This document shows positions 10,160 through 19,030 of a stretch of 64,000 bases of DNA, one piece after another. This DNA comes from Candidatus Omnitrophota bacterium (GTDB lineage Bacteria; Omnitrophota; Gorgyraeia; 2-02-FULL-51-18; JAGOUK01). The position numbers and the translations under genes are program-made. A model generated the notes under the pieces. The model worked only from the letters and a program-made list of their open reading frames with translations. It was not told the DNA's origin and searched no databases. The stretch spans positions 226-64,225 of the forward strand of contig JBLINS010000002.1 of the NCBI GenBank assembly GCA_047639455.1, read 5' to 3'. Numbering within the stretch: position 1 is the first letter of the stretch; the number at the start of each line of letters is the position of its first letter.

Positions 10160-10254
10160 GTCATCATGAGCTGCGCGGAGCAAGCAGCGTAATGATCTCC
10201 CAGAGAAACCTTTTGCTGTGGGATTGTCGCGCCTGCTGCGCGGCTCACAATGAC
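10160..10254. repeat. Palindromic intergenic element, GTCAT...ATGAC family (REP/RPE-like)
   Basis: Ends gtcatcatgagc...gctcacaatgac are imperfect inverted repeats; a closely similar copy lies at 17655-17754. Confidence 0.8.
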
Positions 10255-10451
10255 TCTAATAGACTATTAGATAGTAAATTTCTCTTAACAAATACGATTA
10301 AAAAACCAGCACTTTTCAACCTTTATGCCCAGGATGACGAACGTCACTTACTCCGCGCTTGCCACAGATTGACAAGAGTTGGTAGTGTCGGCTCTAGTGG
10401 TACAATATCTTCTGGTTTAGAGAGTATTTATATCATTGGGAGAATAGCATT

Positions 10452-10682
10452 ATGACAGAATGGCAGAAGAGTCCTTTTAAGATAGAAGTTAAAAATGGTG
10501 ACACCAAGGCTTTTTGTTTATGTGGCGCTTCACAAAACGGGCCATATTGCGATGGGTCACACCAAGGCACGGATAAAAGACCAGAAGTCATTAAATTTGA
10601 TGAAGACAAAACCATTTTTGTTTGTGGTTGCCAAAAGTCTGCCAAAGTACCATTTTGCGATGGAACACATAGTCAGTCATAA
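10452..10682 (+). CDS. CDGSH iron-sulfur protein (two CDGSH motifs)
   Basis: CLCGASQNGPYCDGSH and CGCQKSAKVPFCDGTH. Confidence 0.93.
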   Translation: MTEWQKSPFKIEVKNGDTKAFCLCGASQNGPYCDGSHQGTDKRPEVIKFDEDKTIFVCGCQKSAKVPFCDGTHSQS

Positions 10683-10753
10683 GCAGTCTGAATTAAGGAG
10701 TACAGAATGGGCAACGGCAATCATACCAGAAACATTAGCGCGCTAATATTCTA

Positions 10754-11389
10754 ATGGAAACCCTATCCCAAAATGCCGCCATACTTTTGATTGGCTGGGC
10801 ATCAGGTATTAACCTATACTTAACAGTGGCCTTAACAGGCATTTGTGGTCGCATGGGTTGGCTAACTTTGCCAGATAGCATGGACATTGTTCAAAGCCCT
10901 GTCATTATTGGTATAGCTATATTGCTTTATGCGGTTGAATTCTGCGCGGACAAAATCCCTGTGGTTGATTCAGCCTGGGATTCTTTGCACACCATAATTA
11001 GGCCAGCAGGTGCTTTGGTTATGGGATTTTTGGCCGGCTCAGAATATGGCCCTATAGCCCAAACGGTGATTGGTTTATCCACGGGTGCTATAGCTTTGGA
11101 AACGCATACGTTTAAAGCCACTAGTCGAGCGGCCATTAATTTGTCGCCAGAGCCGGTCACAAATATAGCCGCTTCCGTGACTGAGGACGTGGCTGTTGTG
11201 AGTGCATTTTGGTTTTTTATGCAACACCCCATCATCACTTCAATTGTTTTAATATTAACCCTAATAGGCGCTTTTTTTGTCATTATCTCCTTATGGAAAT
11301 TTGTGGCGGGATTATTTGGCGGAAAAAAAATATCCCCCGACCAATCACGGGAATTACGGGACCAGGTCCCAGAGGGACAGGTCCAGTGA
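10754..11389 (+). CDS. DUF4126-family membrane protein
   Basis: GWASGINLY, EFCADKIPVVDSAWDSLHTIIRP, SPEPVTNIAASVTED. Confidence 0.88.
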   Translation: METLSQNAAILLIGWASGINLYLTVALTGICGRMGWLTLPDSMDIVQSPVIIGIAILLYAVEFCADKIPVVDSAWDSLHTIIRPAGALVMGFLAGSEYGPIAQTVIGLSTGAIALETHTFKATSRAAINLSPEPVTNIAASVTEDVAVVSAFWFFMQHPIITSIVLILTLIGAFFVIISLWKFVAGLFGGKKISPDQSRELRDQVPEGQVQ

Positions 11390-11434
11390 ATTCGGAAGCA
11401 ACCGGACCTGTCCCTCTGGGACCTGGTCCCGTAA
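11354..11434. repeat. Perfect 31-bp inverted repeat with 19-bp spacer spanning a gene junction
   Basis: ttacgggaccaggtcccagagggacaggtcc (11354-11384) is the exact reverse complement of 11404-11434. Confidence 0.95.
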
Positions 11435-11934
11435 AGGCTACTTTTGGAGCAGGTTGTTTTTGGGGTGTAGAAAAAATATATGCTAAATTAAACGGTGTTC
11501 AAACCACATCCGTGGGTTATATTGGCGGCGCATCTGTTAATCCTAGTTATGAGGATATATGCACGGGCCGCACGGGACATGCTGAAGCAGTTCAAATAAC
11601 TTTTGATCCTCAAGTCATATCATATGGCGAATTGGTGAGTACTTTTTTTCAGTGGCATGACCCGACTACATTGAATCAACAGGGTCCGGACTGTGGATCA
11701 CAATACCGCTCCGCTATTTTTTATCATAATGAAGCGCAAAAAGAATATGCACATAAGGCCGTTGATTTATTAAATGCGACTAATATTTATCAAGCCCCTA
11801 TCACTACTCAAATTGAGGCGGCGCCCGAATTCTATTTAGCCGAAGACTATCACCAAGCTTATTTAGTCAAAAACCCCATGGGGTATTGCTCACATCGTTT
11901 GCAATACCCAAAAGTTGCCCAAATACTGCCTTAA
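11386..11934 (+). CDS. msrA: Peptide-methionine (S)-S-oxide reductase
   Basis: GAGCFWG, GHAEAV, QYRSAIF, AEDYHQ; GTG start overlapping the upstream stop (GTGA) preferred over the ORF-track start 11209. Confidence 0.95.
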   Translation: MNSEATGPVPLGPGPVKATFGAGCFWGVEKIYAKLNGVQTTSVGYIGGASVNPSYEDICTGRTGHAEAVQITFDPQVISYGELVSTFFQWHDPTTLNQQGPDCGSQYRSAIFYHNEAQKEYAHKAVDLLNATNIYQAPITTQIEAAPEFYLAEDYHQAYLVKNPMGYCSHRLQYPKVAQILP

Positions 11935-12290
11935 TGCTTCGAGAAATAATCGGTTATATATCGATATTTTTTGGCGCCATTTGGCTTCTTAAGCCAGAGT
12001 GGTTGCGCGGCCGTATGGGACGCAAAGCTAATCGAAGAATCACTTGGTCTTTTTATTTATTTTTGATTTATTTATCTATGAATTATTTGGGTTTATTATT
12101 CAGGTTTGAGTCAGGCTTGATTCGCTCTGTCGGTGTTTTGGGCTTATTTGTGGTTAATGCTAACTTGCTACGCACCAAATCCAAAGCTTCTACTAAATTA
12201 ATTGAATTATTCAAGACTTGTCCACTCATCCTATTTAGATGTGTGGCAGCCCTCGGCCTATTGTCTGGCCTCTGGATGATTTACGCTTAA
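11934..12290 (+). CDS. Small membrane protein
   Basis: 3-4 hydrophobic segments; ATG overlaps the msrA stop (TAATG). Confidence 0.7.
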   Translation: MLREIIGYISIFFGAIWLLKPEWLRGRMGRKANRRITWSFYLFLIYLSMNYLGLLFRFESGLIRSVGVLGLFVVNANLLRTKSKASTKLIELFKTCPLILFRCVAALGLLSGLWMIYA

Positions 12291-13573
12291 ATCTTTCCCG
12301 GCTGAGTGCAGTCTAAGTCTCTGTAAAACATTAGTAAATCAAATGCGCTTAGATTTTGTTCAGCTTTTTCGTATTGGATGGAATTCAGTAGGGTATTGGC
12401 AACGGTTTCAATGGGCATATTGGCATAATAATGATCTCGGGCATAATGTACGTATTTCAAAACTCTGAAGCCATTGAACCATCTAAAAAAACGCGACACA
12501 AAGCGTGCTAATGAAGTTGAATTTAATTTAATTTCATTCAAGCGTTTTTCAAATCCACCAGGCTCACTTTGGCCTAAAAAATCCTGAATACTTTTTGGCA
12601 TTGAATCAATCTCTAGAGATGCGCTTGAATTAATCTCCCACAAGTGAGGTATATACTCTAGAAAAGTTTTTAAATCATTGAATATTTGAGGGTTGTAGGT
12701 GCTATAAACTTTTTGAGTGCTATCTAGCCATTGCTGAATGGCTTTGCCGGTACCAAAGGGAACTCGATGCGATGGGCGGCTCGATGGATAAATGGTTGTA
12801 GCGACGATATTCCTGAATTTGCCTAATGGGATGAGTTTGTGCAAAAAATAAAAATCTTCACCGGCTTTGCGTTTATTCATACCACCTTCAGATAAATAAC
12901 GTTTGGCAGTCACAGCCATACATGATCCTAAGGTGTGGTAAGCATGGGGATGCCCAGCATAAATTAGACCCCGAATATAATAGCGCAAAAATAATTCATA
13001 ATTAATAATGCCCACATATTCAGCTTCAGGCAAATCTCGTGTTAATGGATGTTCAAAATAAATGCTAGCGGCTTGACAGGCTTTGGACCCATTAAAACTA
13101 TGCTGAACCGCTTGAATGTAATTAGTCTGCACCTCACAGTCTGCATCCAAATTTAGGATAATTCCGTCCGGATGTTGAACAGAGCAAAGTCTTTGAGCGG
13201 CCAAATCCATGCCAATTTTTCGAGCCAAGCCGACACCAGCATCATTGACAGGCATTCGAGTCGCATCCAGACAATAGAATTTGAGTTGGTCATGCGTTTG
13301 GGCGGATGCCCACTTCAGGGCTGAGAGATAGGTATTGTGATTGTTTTTTTGAATATCAATGTTGTCGTCAACCGAATCATTAAGCACCACAAATACTTCT
13401 ACTAGTCCGCTAAAAGTTAGATTACGTGCAAGTGAGTCCAGAGTGCGAATGAGATTCACCTCATCATAACAGGGGATGATAATACATGTGTTCAGAGCTT
13501 CATCAGGGGCTTGTAATTGGGGTTCCATGCGCCGAATAAAGGTTTTTGTATTCAATATTGCCTGCGCACGCAT
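12287..13573 (-). CDS. GT2-like glycosyltransferase
   Basis: IIIPCYDE, GVGLARKIGMD, LDADC, GEDFYFL. Confidence 0.85.
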   Translation of the reverse strand: MRAQAILNTKTFIRRMEPQLQAPDEALNTCIIIPCYDEVNLIRTLDSLARNLTFSGLVEVFVVLNDSVDDNIDIQKNNHNTYLSALKWASAQTHDQLKFYCLDATRMPVNDAGVGLARKIGMDLAAQRLCSVQHPDGIILNLDADCEVQTNYIQAVQHSFNGSKACQAASIYFEHPLTRDLPEAEYVGIINYELFLRYYIRGLIYAGHPHAYHTLGSCMAVTAKRYLSEGGMNKRKAGEDFYFLHKLIPLGKFRNIVATTIYPSSRPSHRVPFGTGKAIQQWLDSTQKVYSTYNPQIFNDLKTFLEYIPHLWEINSSASLEIDSMPKSIQDFLGQSEPGGFEKRLNEIKLNSTSLARFVSRFFRWFNGFRVLKYVHYARDHYYANMPIETVANTLLNSIQYEKAEQNLSAFDLLMFYRDLDCTQPGKI

Positions 13574-13603
13574 TATGATATAATTAACTTAGGGGTTGAG
13601 ATT

Positions 13604-13942
13604 ATGAGTTTATTTAAGGCAGTAATCCAAATTGTTTTAATCATAGTTATGAGCAGTTTAGCATATGCTGATCCACTCACAGGTAGAGATTGGCTAGCTT
13701 TGAATCCCGCAACCCAAAATCAACAGATACAGAATTTGGCTAAAGATGCACACCAAAATGGCATGCCGTTATCCAAAGATTATCGCGAATACACCCAGTT
13801 GATCCAATCGTATTTGACGGAAGACGAATTTTTGGCTGAGGACGGCTTGAACAATATATTTTTAGACGTTATTTATGAATTTGAGCCAAATTGCCGCGAT
13901 GCCATTGACCTAATACGAATGCCTACTTGGGGCAAAAGCTAA
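13604..13942 (+). CDS. Hypothetical exported protein
   Basis: ATG at 13604 gives signal peptide ending AYA; TGRDW motif. Confidence 0.65.
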   Translation: MSLFKAVIQIVLIIVMSSLAYADPLTGRDWLALNPATQNQQIQNLAKDAHQNGMPLSKDYREYTQLIQSYLTEDEFLAEDGLNNIFLDVIYEFEPNCRDAIDLIRMPTWGKS

Positions 13943-13945
13943 TCC

Positions 13946-14365
13946 ATGCACAAAATAATAATAATCGCCGTAGCTTTTATTTCAATGCTTTGTATAACTT
14001 CACTTAATACGCAAGCAAAAACCACCTTGGGAGGTAAGATTATTTCTCCCAATGACGTGGTCCAAAGCATAGAATGGACTAAAGCTGAATTAGGCCAAGA
14101 TATAGCCAAGCGAGACTTATTCATCAATAGCGTCTGCAGCCATCATATTATTCGTTTGAGCAAAAGTGAAGCGCCTCATACCCACCCCAATCGTGATTTG
14201 AGCATTATTATCCTAAGTGGTGCAGTTCATATGCATTATGGAGATAGAAAGATAGTTGCTAGACAAGGCGACGTTATCATTATTCCGCATGGTGAGGAAC
14301 ATTGGGCTGAAGTAGCAGCGAATAAAATTGCAGTTGCCTATGCTATTTTTACTCAAGCTGAATAA
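13946..14365 (+). CDS. Exported cupin-domain protein
   Basis: Signal peptide; PHTHP and GDVIIIPHGEEHW cupin motifs. Confidence 0.85.
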   Translation: MHKIIIIAVAFISMLCITSLNTQAKTTLGGKIISPNDVVQSIEWTKAELGQDIAKRDLFINSVCSHHIIRLSKSEAPHTHPNRDLSIIILSGAVHMHYGDRKIVARQGDVIIIPHGEEHWAEVAANKIAVAYAIFTQAE

Positions 14366-14386
14366 TATAGCTCACATTTAGCTGAA

Positions 14387-14402
14387 TGTGATCTATGTCA
14401 CA
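14387..14402 (+). promoter_or_regulatory. CRP/FNR-family binding site (TGTGA-N6-TCACA) upstream of the hemerythrin gene
   Basis: tgtgatctatgtcaca; candidate -10 TATCAT at 14424-14429 puts the site centre at about -41.5. Confidence 0.8.
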
Positions 14403-14488
14403 GCATTTACTTCTCTCCTCAGGTATCATCTAATCAAGGTCATTAATACGATTTTTGAAAATGAGGCTTAGTTTGTTTAGGGGGTAGT

Positions 14489-14905
14489 ATGAAAAAAGAA
14501 ATCCATTGGAAGTTATCTTATTCAGTGGGAGTACTTGATTTAGACGTGCATCATCAAGGCTTGATTGAATATATGAATATATTAGATAATGCTGAGAATT
14601 ATAAACAGGATTTGGATGAAATGATATTGAAGACACTAAATGATTTGAGTCGCTATACTCAGTATCACTTCGATCAAGAAGAAAGTTATATGCGACGTCA
14701 TGATTACCCGGGCTTGAATGAGCATCTAGAGGAACACGCGCTTTTTAAGAATGAAATCGAGAACTTTAGTGTGGCCTACAAATTAGGGGATAAAGAAATA
14801 GCGCTTAAGGTAGCTAGTTTTTTAAAGACTTGGTTTATTAAACACATACTCACTATAGACAAGCAATACTCTGACTATTATAAGGAGCGCGGGATAAGCG
14901 TTTAG
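14489..14905 (+). CDS. Bacteriohemerythrin
   Basis: W...YSVG..LD.HH, HFDQEE, HLEEH, WFIKHILTIDKQY. Confidence 0.93.
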   Translation: MKKEIHWKLSYSVGVLDLDVHHQGLIEYMNILDNAENYKQDLDEMILKTLNDLSRYTQYHFDQEESYMRRHDYPGLNEHLEEHALFKNEIENFSVAYKLGDKEIALKVASFLKTWFIKHILTIDKQYSDYYKERGISV

Positions 14906-14908
14906 TTT

Positions 14909-15322
14909 CTAGAGAGATTTGGAATAACGGAATTTCATAAAAGCGACTCCACCTGCCAAAACGACCCGCCAAGCTAATTCTATTTTGTCATTGAATTTGG
15001 GGTCAAATTCTTTAACTGTATCGACGAGTGTATCAAGCCATATGTCATAAAACCGTGGTTCAATATTCAGTTTTTTTGCATTGTGTAAAGTAGCAATATG
15101 CTCTAATGGCTCATCTATGGCTCGCGAGGAGAAGAGATTCATCATATACAAAAGAGAAGCATGTAGCATTTTTTCTTGCCTATGCATATCAGCATCTGTG
15201 AACTTAGCTTTAATTTCGGGTGATTGAGCTATAAACTTCTTATAAAATTGACCATAAAATGCGTGGCTATCTGTGCCCTGAACGCGTTCCAAGCTATCAT
15301 TGAATATTTCGTCTAACTGCAT
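14909..15322 (-). CDS. Single-domain globin
   Basis: FYKKF..SPEIKAKF, Q.KML, proximal H in IATLH, IEPRFYDIW, AWR; ATG at 15322 chosen as start. Confidence 0.85.
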   Translation of the reverse strand: MQLDEIFNDSLERVQGTDSHAFYGQFYKKFIAQSPEIKAKFTDADMHRQEKMLHASLLYMMNLFSSRAIDEPLEHIATLHNAKKLNIEPRFYDIWLDTLVDTVKEFDPKFNDKIELAWRVVLAGGVAFMKFRYSKSL

Positions 15323-15464
15323 AACTAAAACCACCTTGTCTCATCATATAGTGTTTTATTGGCCTCAAATTTAAGCATTCATGATAACACAAAGCTTCAT
15401 TGCGTAACCCCGGTTTAAGCTAACTATGCCCACGACACAGATATTGCTGTACAATGCAGGTACT

Positions 15465-16139
15465 ATGATTAACTTTGAAGATATCCATTTATTTAAGGGC
15501 GTGAACCCAAAAGCGCTCAAAGCTTTGGAAGCCAAAGCTATGCTGAGGAGTTTTGATAAGGGGCAGATTCTGTTTCGTAAAGAGGATGCTTGTAAGAGCA
15601 TATATTTCATTCAAGCCGGTGCTGTCAAAGTTTATAACTTATCCACATCTGGGCGAGAGCAAATATTGCATCAAATGGGTCCTGGAGAGTCCTGTGCTTG
15701 CCATGCTGGCTGTGGTGCGCAAACATGCTCTTCTTCTGCCGAAGCGATTGAAGATACAAAGGCTTGGCGTATATGGGCTGGCGACTACTCTGCATTTATT
15801 GCGGCCAATCCCAATAGTTTAGGCCAATTATGTGATAGTTTTGCTGAGCGCATACGTTCGTATTCCACTTTAATTGACGACTTGTCTCTTAAAGATACAC
15901 GCCAACGTCTGATTCGCTTTTTATTGGATATGACGCGTGCAGCCAAAGGCGAGACAGTCTCTGATGCAGATTTGTCGCTTGAGTTCACCCGTGAAGAAAT
16001 AGCTCAGCGTTTGGGAACTACTCGAGAGACAGTTGCGCGTAATTTGTCACTTTTAAAAAGAGAGGGCTTTATTGAAGTCAAGCCGCGCCACATTCGCATT
16101 CTTGACGTTGAAGGCCTTAAGAATATAGATCCCGCCTAA
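15465..16139 (+). CDS. CRP/FNR-family transcriptional regulator
   Basis: cNMP-binding fold motifs (KGQILFRKED, IYFIQAGAVKV, GREQIL) and HTH TREEIAQRLGTTRETVARNL; ATG at 15465 preferred. Confidence 0.93.
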   Translation: MINFEDIHLFKGVNPKALKALEAKAMLRSFDKGQILFRKEDACKSIYFIQAGAVKVYNLSTSGREQILHQMGPGESCACHAGCGAQTCSSSAEAIEDTKAWRIWAGDYSAFIAANPNSLGQLCDSFAERIRSYSTLIDDLSLKDTRQRLIRFLLDMTRAAKGETVSDADLSLEFTREEIAQRLGTTRETVARNLSLLKREGFIEVKPRHIRILDVEGLKNIDPA

Positions 16140-16163
16140 ATAATCCTCGCTGCAACCAATAAC

Positions 16164-16179
16164 TGTGACATAGATCACA
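16164..16179 (+). promoter_or_regulatory. CRP/FNR-family binding site upstream of the ferritin-like/HHE operon
   Basis: tgtgacatagatcaca, the exact reverse complement of the 14387 site, inside a longer palindrome aataac...gttatt (16158-16185); candidate -10 at 16201-16208. Confidence 0.8.
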
Positions 16180-16224
16180 GTTATTCTTAGCTATATCCCG
16201 CATACTATAAACAGAGACAGAAAG

Positions 16225-16551
16225 GTGTGTGATGTTATGTGGCAAAACCCAGTTCACAAAAAGGCCTATTGGATGTGCATTGATGAGGATTTTAAGAAAA
16301 TGCTCGCTCAATTGATGGTTGCCGAAAGAGATGAAGAATCTGATTTATTTCGTTTTGAATTACATTTGAGAGACGCCGCCGAAATGGCTGTTTTTTCTGC
16401 TGAAGAACAAAAGATTATACGCGACATATACAAAGAATTAATGGTCGACACTGCGCGACATGCTAAAACCATTTATAAGATTTGTGATTTATTGAATGCA
16501 TTATATGAGCGAGAGACAGGGGGTAAGTCGTGCGAGACGAAGAAATCTTAA
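16225..16551 (+). CDS. Small helical protein, ferritin-like half domain
   Basis: Two long helices, E-rich with DTARH motif; start uncertain (16225 or 16237). Confidence 0.55.
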   Translation: MCDVMWQNPVHKKAYWMCIDEDFKKMLAQLMVAERDEESDLFRFELHLRDAAEMAVFSAEEQKIIRDIYKELMVDTARHAKTIYKICDLLNALYERETGGKSCETKKS

Positions 16552-16775
16552 CCTTATGGGAACACAGATTCAAACAAATAGTCAAACTTGAAGTTGAATC
16601 TAGTCAAGAATACCAGCACTTACTTAAGCGTTTTTCGCATTTATTGGATGGCACCAAGGTTAGAAAAATTATTCAAAAAATTATTCATGATGAAGACAAG
16701 CACGTCGCAATGTCAAAAAAACTTTTTGATATTGTCAAAAATGAAAAGAAACGTAGGCTTGAAAAGACGGAATAG
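16530..16775 (+). CDS. Rubrerythrin/ferritin-like half-domain protein
   Basis: EVESSQEY (E-x6-Y) and DEDKH (ExxH) diiron motifs. Confidence 0.7.
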   Translation: MRDEEILTLWEHRFKQIVKLEVESSQEYQHLLKRFSHLLDGTKVRKIIQKIIHDEDKHVAMSKKLFDIVKNEKKRRLEKTE

Positions 16776-16790
16776 AGGCAGTTTGAGAAT

Positions 16791-17318
16791 ATGAGTAATC
16801 GATACGAATATATCAATCAGCTAGAGGGTTGTGGCACAGGCATGTTGACAGCAACAGCCCAATTGAATGAATTAATATTGCAATTAGACCCTTCTAAAGA
16901 AGACGAATTCATGCGTGGCTGTTTGCTAGATATTCAGGCGAGCCTTGCGCGACTAGTCAAAGATATGACTAATCACATCAAGTTGGAAGAAAATATTTTC
17001 TTTCCTTTTGTCTCTACACATATACCTCGCTTGGATATGAGCATCCATTTACTCAAATCAGAACATGGTGATATTTTTAATGAGTTAAGCTACTTAGACG
17101 ATGCATTAATCCGCGGACTCAAGTCATCGCAAGGTTGTGTGTCAGATGTATTTGATGAATTGCACAAAATTGCTGCATGTTTAATGAATATAGTTCGCCA
17201 TCATGTCAATATTGAATCAAGATCAATGCATATGGCCATATTCGCCTATTTAAAACCGCGCGAATTGAATCTATTAAACAAAAAGTTAGACGATTATTCA
17301 TTACAAATAAAAAGTTGA
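16791..17318 (+). CDS. Hemerythrin HHE cation-binding domain protein
   Basis: HIKLEENIFFP, EHGDI, HVNIES. Confidence 0.85.
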   Translation: MSNRYEYINQLEGCGTGMLTATAQLNELILQLDPSKEDEFMRGCLLDIQASLARLVKDMTNHIKLEENIFFPFVSTHIPRLDMSIHLLKSEHGDIFNELSYLDDALIRGLKSSQGCVSDVFDELHKIAACLMNIVRHHVNIESRSMHMAIFAYLKPRELNLLNKKLDDYSLQIKS

Positions 17319-17325
17319 ACCGTGC

Positions 17326-17486
17326 GTGTCGAGTTTTGTGCGTCTAGTATCCATAAGAACCTCACTCACTCGGCCCGCTCGTAGCATAGACTCTTTATTC
17401 ATCGTCCACTCACCACCACTGCTCCGAGTGCCCCAGGATGACGGTCTTCTCTAATTTATAAATTCTAGACACATAGAATTATACGC
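17326..17486. mobile_element. MITE-like element with imperfect ~22-bp terminal inverted repeats
   Basis: gtgtcgagttttgtgcgtctag (17326-17347) versus ctagacacatagaattatacgc (17465-17486); related right ends at 18919-18938 and 19111-19132. Confidence 0.55.
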
Positions 17487-17654
17487 TCTCGCATGGCTTC
17501 TCTCACAAGACCAGGTGTAAGGTGTCACGATTAAGGTAGCATCACCACCCTATGACACAATCATCACAAAGTGTTGGTCCTGGGCTTGTAATTATGCGCA
17601 ATAAAATGTGCTAAGTCTTAAAAATATAAAAAAACACTACCACGTCCTCAGCAT

Positions 17655-17754
17655 GTCATCGTGAGCTGCGCGGAGCAAGCAGCGTGACGATCCCCCAGAA
17701 AAAGCTTTTGCTGGGAGATCCTTACGTCGCTTGCTCCGCGCGACTCAGGATAAC
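17655..17754. repeat. Palindromic intergenic element, GTCAT family
   Basis: gtcatcgtgagctgcgcggagcaagcagcgtgacgatc...ttgctccgcgcgactcaggataac; homologous to 10160-10254. Confidence 0.8.
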
Positions 17755-18047
17755 GTTGTGACCTAAATTGTGAAATATTGCACCAGGTCTCGTAAAATGT
17801 GTTTATGTGTGAAAGAAATAATTAGATAAGTTATGATTTGAGTATTTTGTTAACTTAGTTTGTGTTAAAAAATCAAAATACGGATTTATATTATCAATTG
17901 TATTGATTTTGAATCAAATAGTGTGGTATTTTCAATCTTCTGAGGGATAAAAAGACATTTATTCAAAATCAAGCATTGAACTAGGTATATTTCAGTATAT
18001 TTTAATATATTTTAGTATTATCTAAGATTAAAGAGGGCGGTATTGTA

Positions 18048-18578
18048 ATGGAAAAAAGAGATATTGAGAGAGAAGAGCGTATGTTTCAGATGATGGAGCG
18101 AATTGCTATGTCACTCGAAAAAGTTGTTGAGGGCCAAATGGCCGTGATTGAAGCTAGTAAAGAATTAGTTGATCGTAGGGCTGGGGTTGGGAGTCGACGT
18201 GCGATTTTAGAGGATAGACGTAGTCAAAGTGCGATTGATCGCCGTGCCGCTGAAGGTTTGCCGGCATTACCGCTTCAATCTAATGGCAATGGTAATAACG
18301 AAGCCTTAGAGGACCAAACAACTACGAGCAATGGCGCTTTTGAGCACCCTAGTGTATTAACTGCGACACAAGTAGCGCGCATGCTGAATACTTCTAAAGG
18401 CACTGTATATCTTTGGGTCAATCAAAACAAAATTCCTTTTATCAAAATTGGTGGCTCCATCCGTTTTCCTGAAGATGAAATTCATAGATGGATATCTAAT
18501 GGCACAGTTTTAGAAAAACCGTCTAGTAGTGCACGCCGCATCCAGAGAAGAACTTCCGAGAGCACCAACCCAGCATAG
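18048..18578 (+). CDS. HTH_17 (excisionase/MerR-like) DNA-binding protein with N-terminal DRR repeats
   Basis: VLTATQVARMLNTSKGTVYLWVNQNKIPFIKIGGSIRF; N-terminal VDRR/SRR/EDRR/IDRR. Confidence 0.85.
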   Translation: MEKRDIEREERMFQMMERIAMSLEKVVEGQMAVIEASKELVDRRAGVGSRRAILEDRRSQSAIDRRAAEGLPALPLQSNGNGNNEALEDQTTTSNGAFEHPSVLTATQVARMLNTSKGTVYLWVNQNKIPFIKIGGSIRFPEDEIHRWISNGTVLEKPSSSARRIQRRTSESTNPA

Positions 18579-18693
18579 ATTATCTCTTTAGCTCACCCGT
18601 CATCCTGGACACAATACTCACAAAGTGTGGGTTTTAGTGTTGGTTTTTTAAAAGCAGGTTGTAAGAATACTTGTCAGAAAGTAAATTAAGCAC

Positions 18694-18896
18694 GTCATTG
18701 TGAGGAGCAATTACGACGGTGAGTGCCCGACGAATAAGGAGGGCTTGCTACGAACGGGCCGATTCGGTAAGGCCCTTGTAGATCCCACAGCAAAAGGCTT
18801 TCATAGCTACGCATGGATCCTGCTTTGCGGCTTCTGGGAGATCCTCATACCACTGCTCCGCGCCTGTCTGCCGACAGGTAGATGGTTCAGGACGAC
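18694..18896. repeat. Composite GTCAT-family palindromic element with nested hairpins
   Basis: gtcattgtgagg...tcaggacgac ends; internal cctgtctgccgacagg hairpin (18863-18878). Confidence 0.65.
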
Positions 18897-18985
18897 AGTC
18901 TTCCCCAATTCATAAATTCCAGACACACAGAATTGCACAAGAATGCTTTTAAGTTGATCAATGTTGACCTATTAAGAGTCTCTTC

Positions 18986-19030
18986 TGGGGGATCCTCACG
19001 CCTGGCAAACAGCGCCAGACTCAGGATGAC
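18986..19030. repeat. Right half of a GTCAT-family element
   Basis: ggggatcctcacgcc...actcaggatgac matches the right arms of the 17655 and 18694 elements. Confidence 0.55.

Noticed and set aside
10192-10455. 87-aa ORF in the track
   Set aside because: Begins inside the palindromic repeat and has no motif or RBS; likely spurious.
11209-11385. Long N-terminal extension of MsrA
   Set aside because: Overlaps the DUF4126 gene by 180 nt; GTG at 11386 gives a normal-length MsrA with GTGA coupling.
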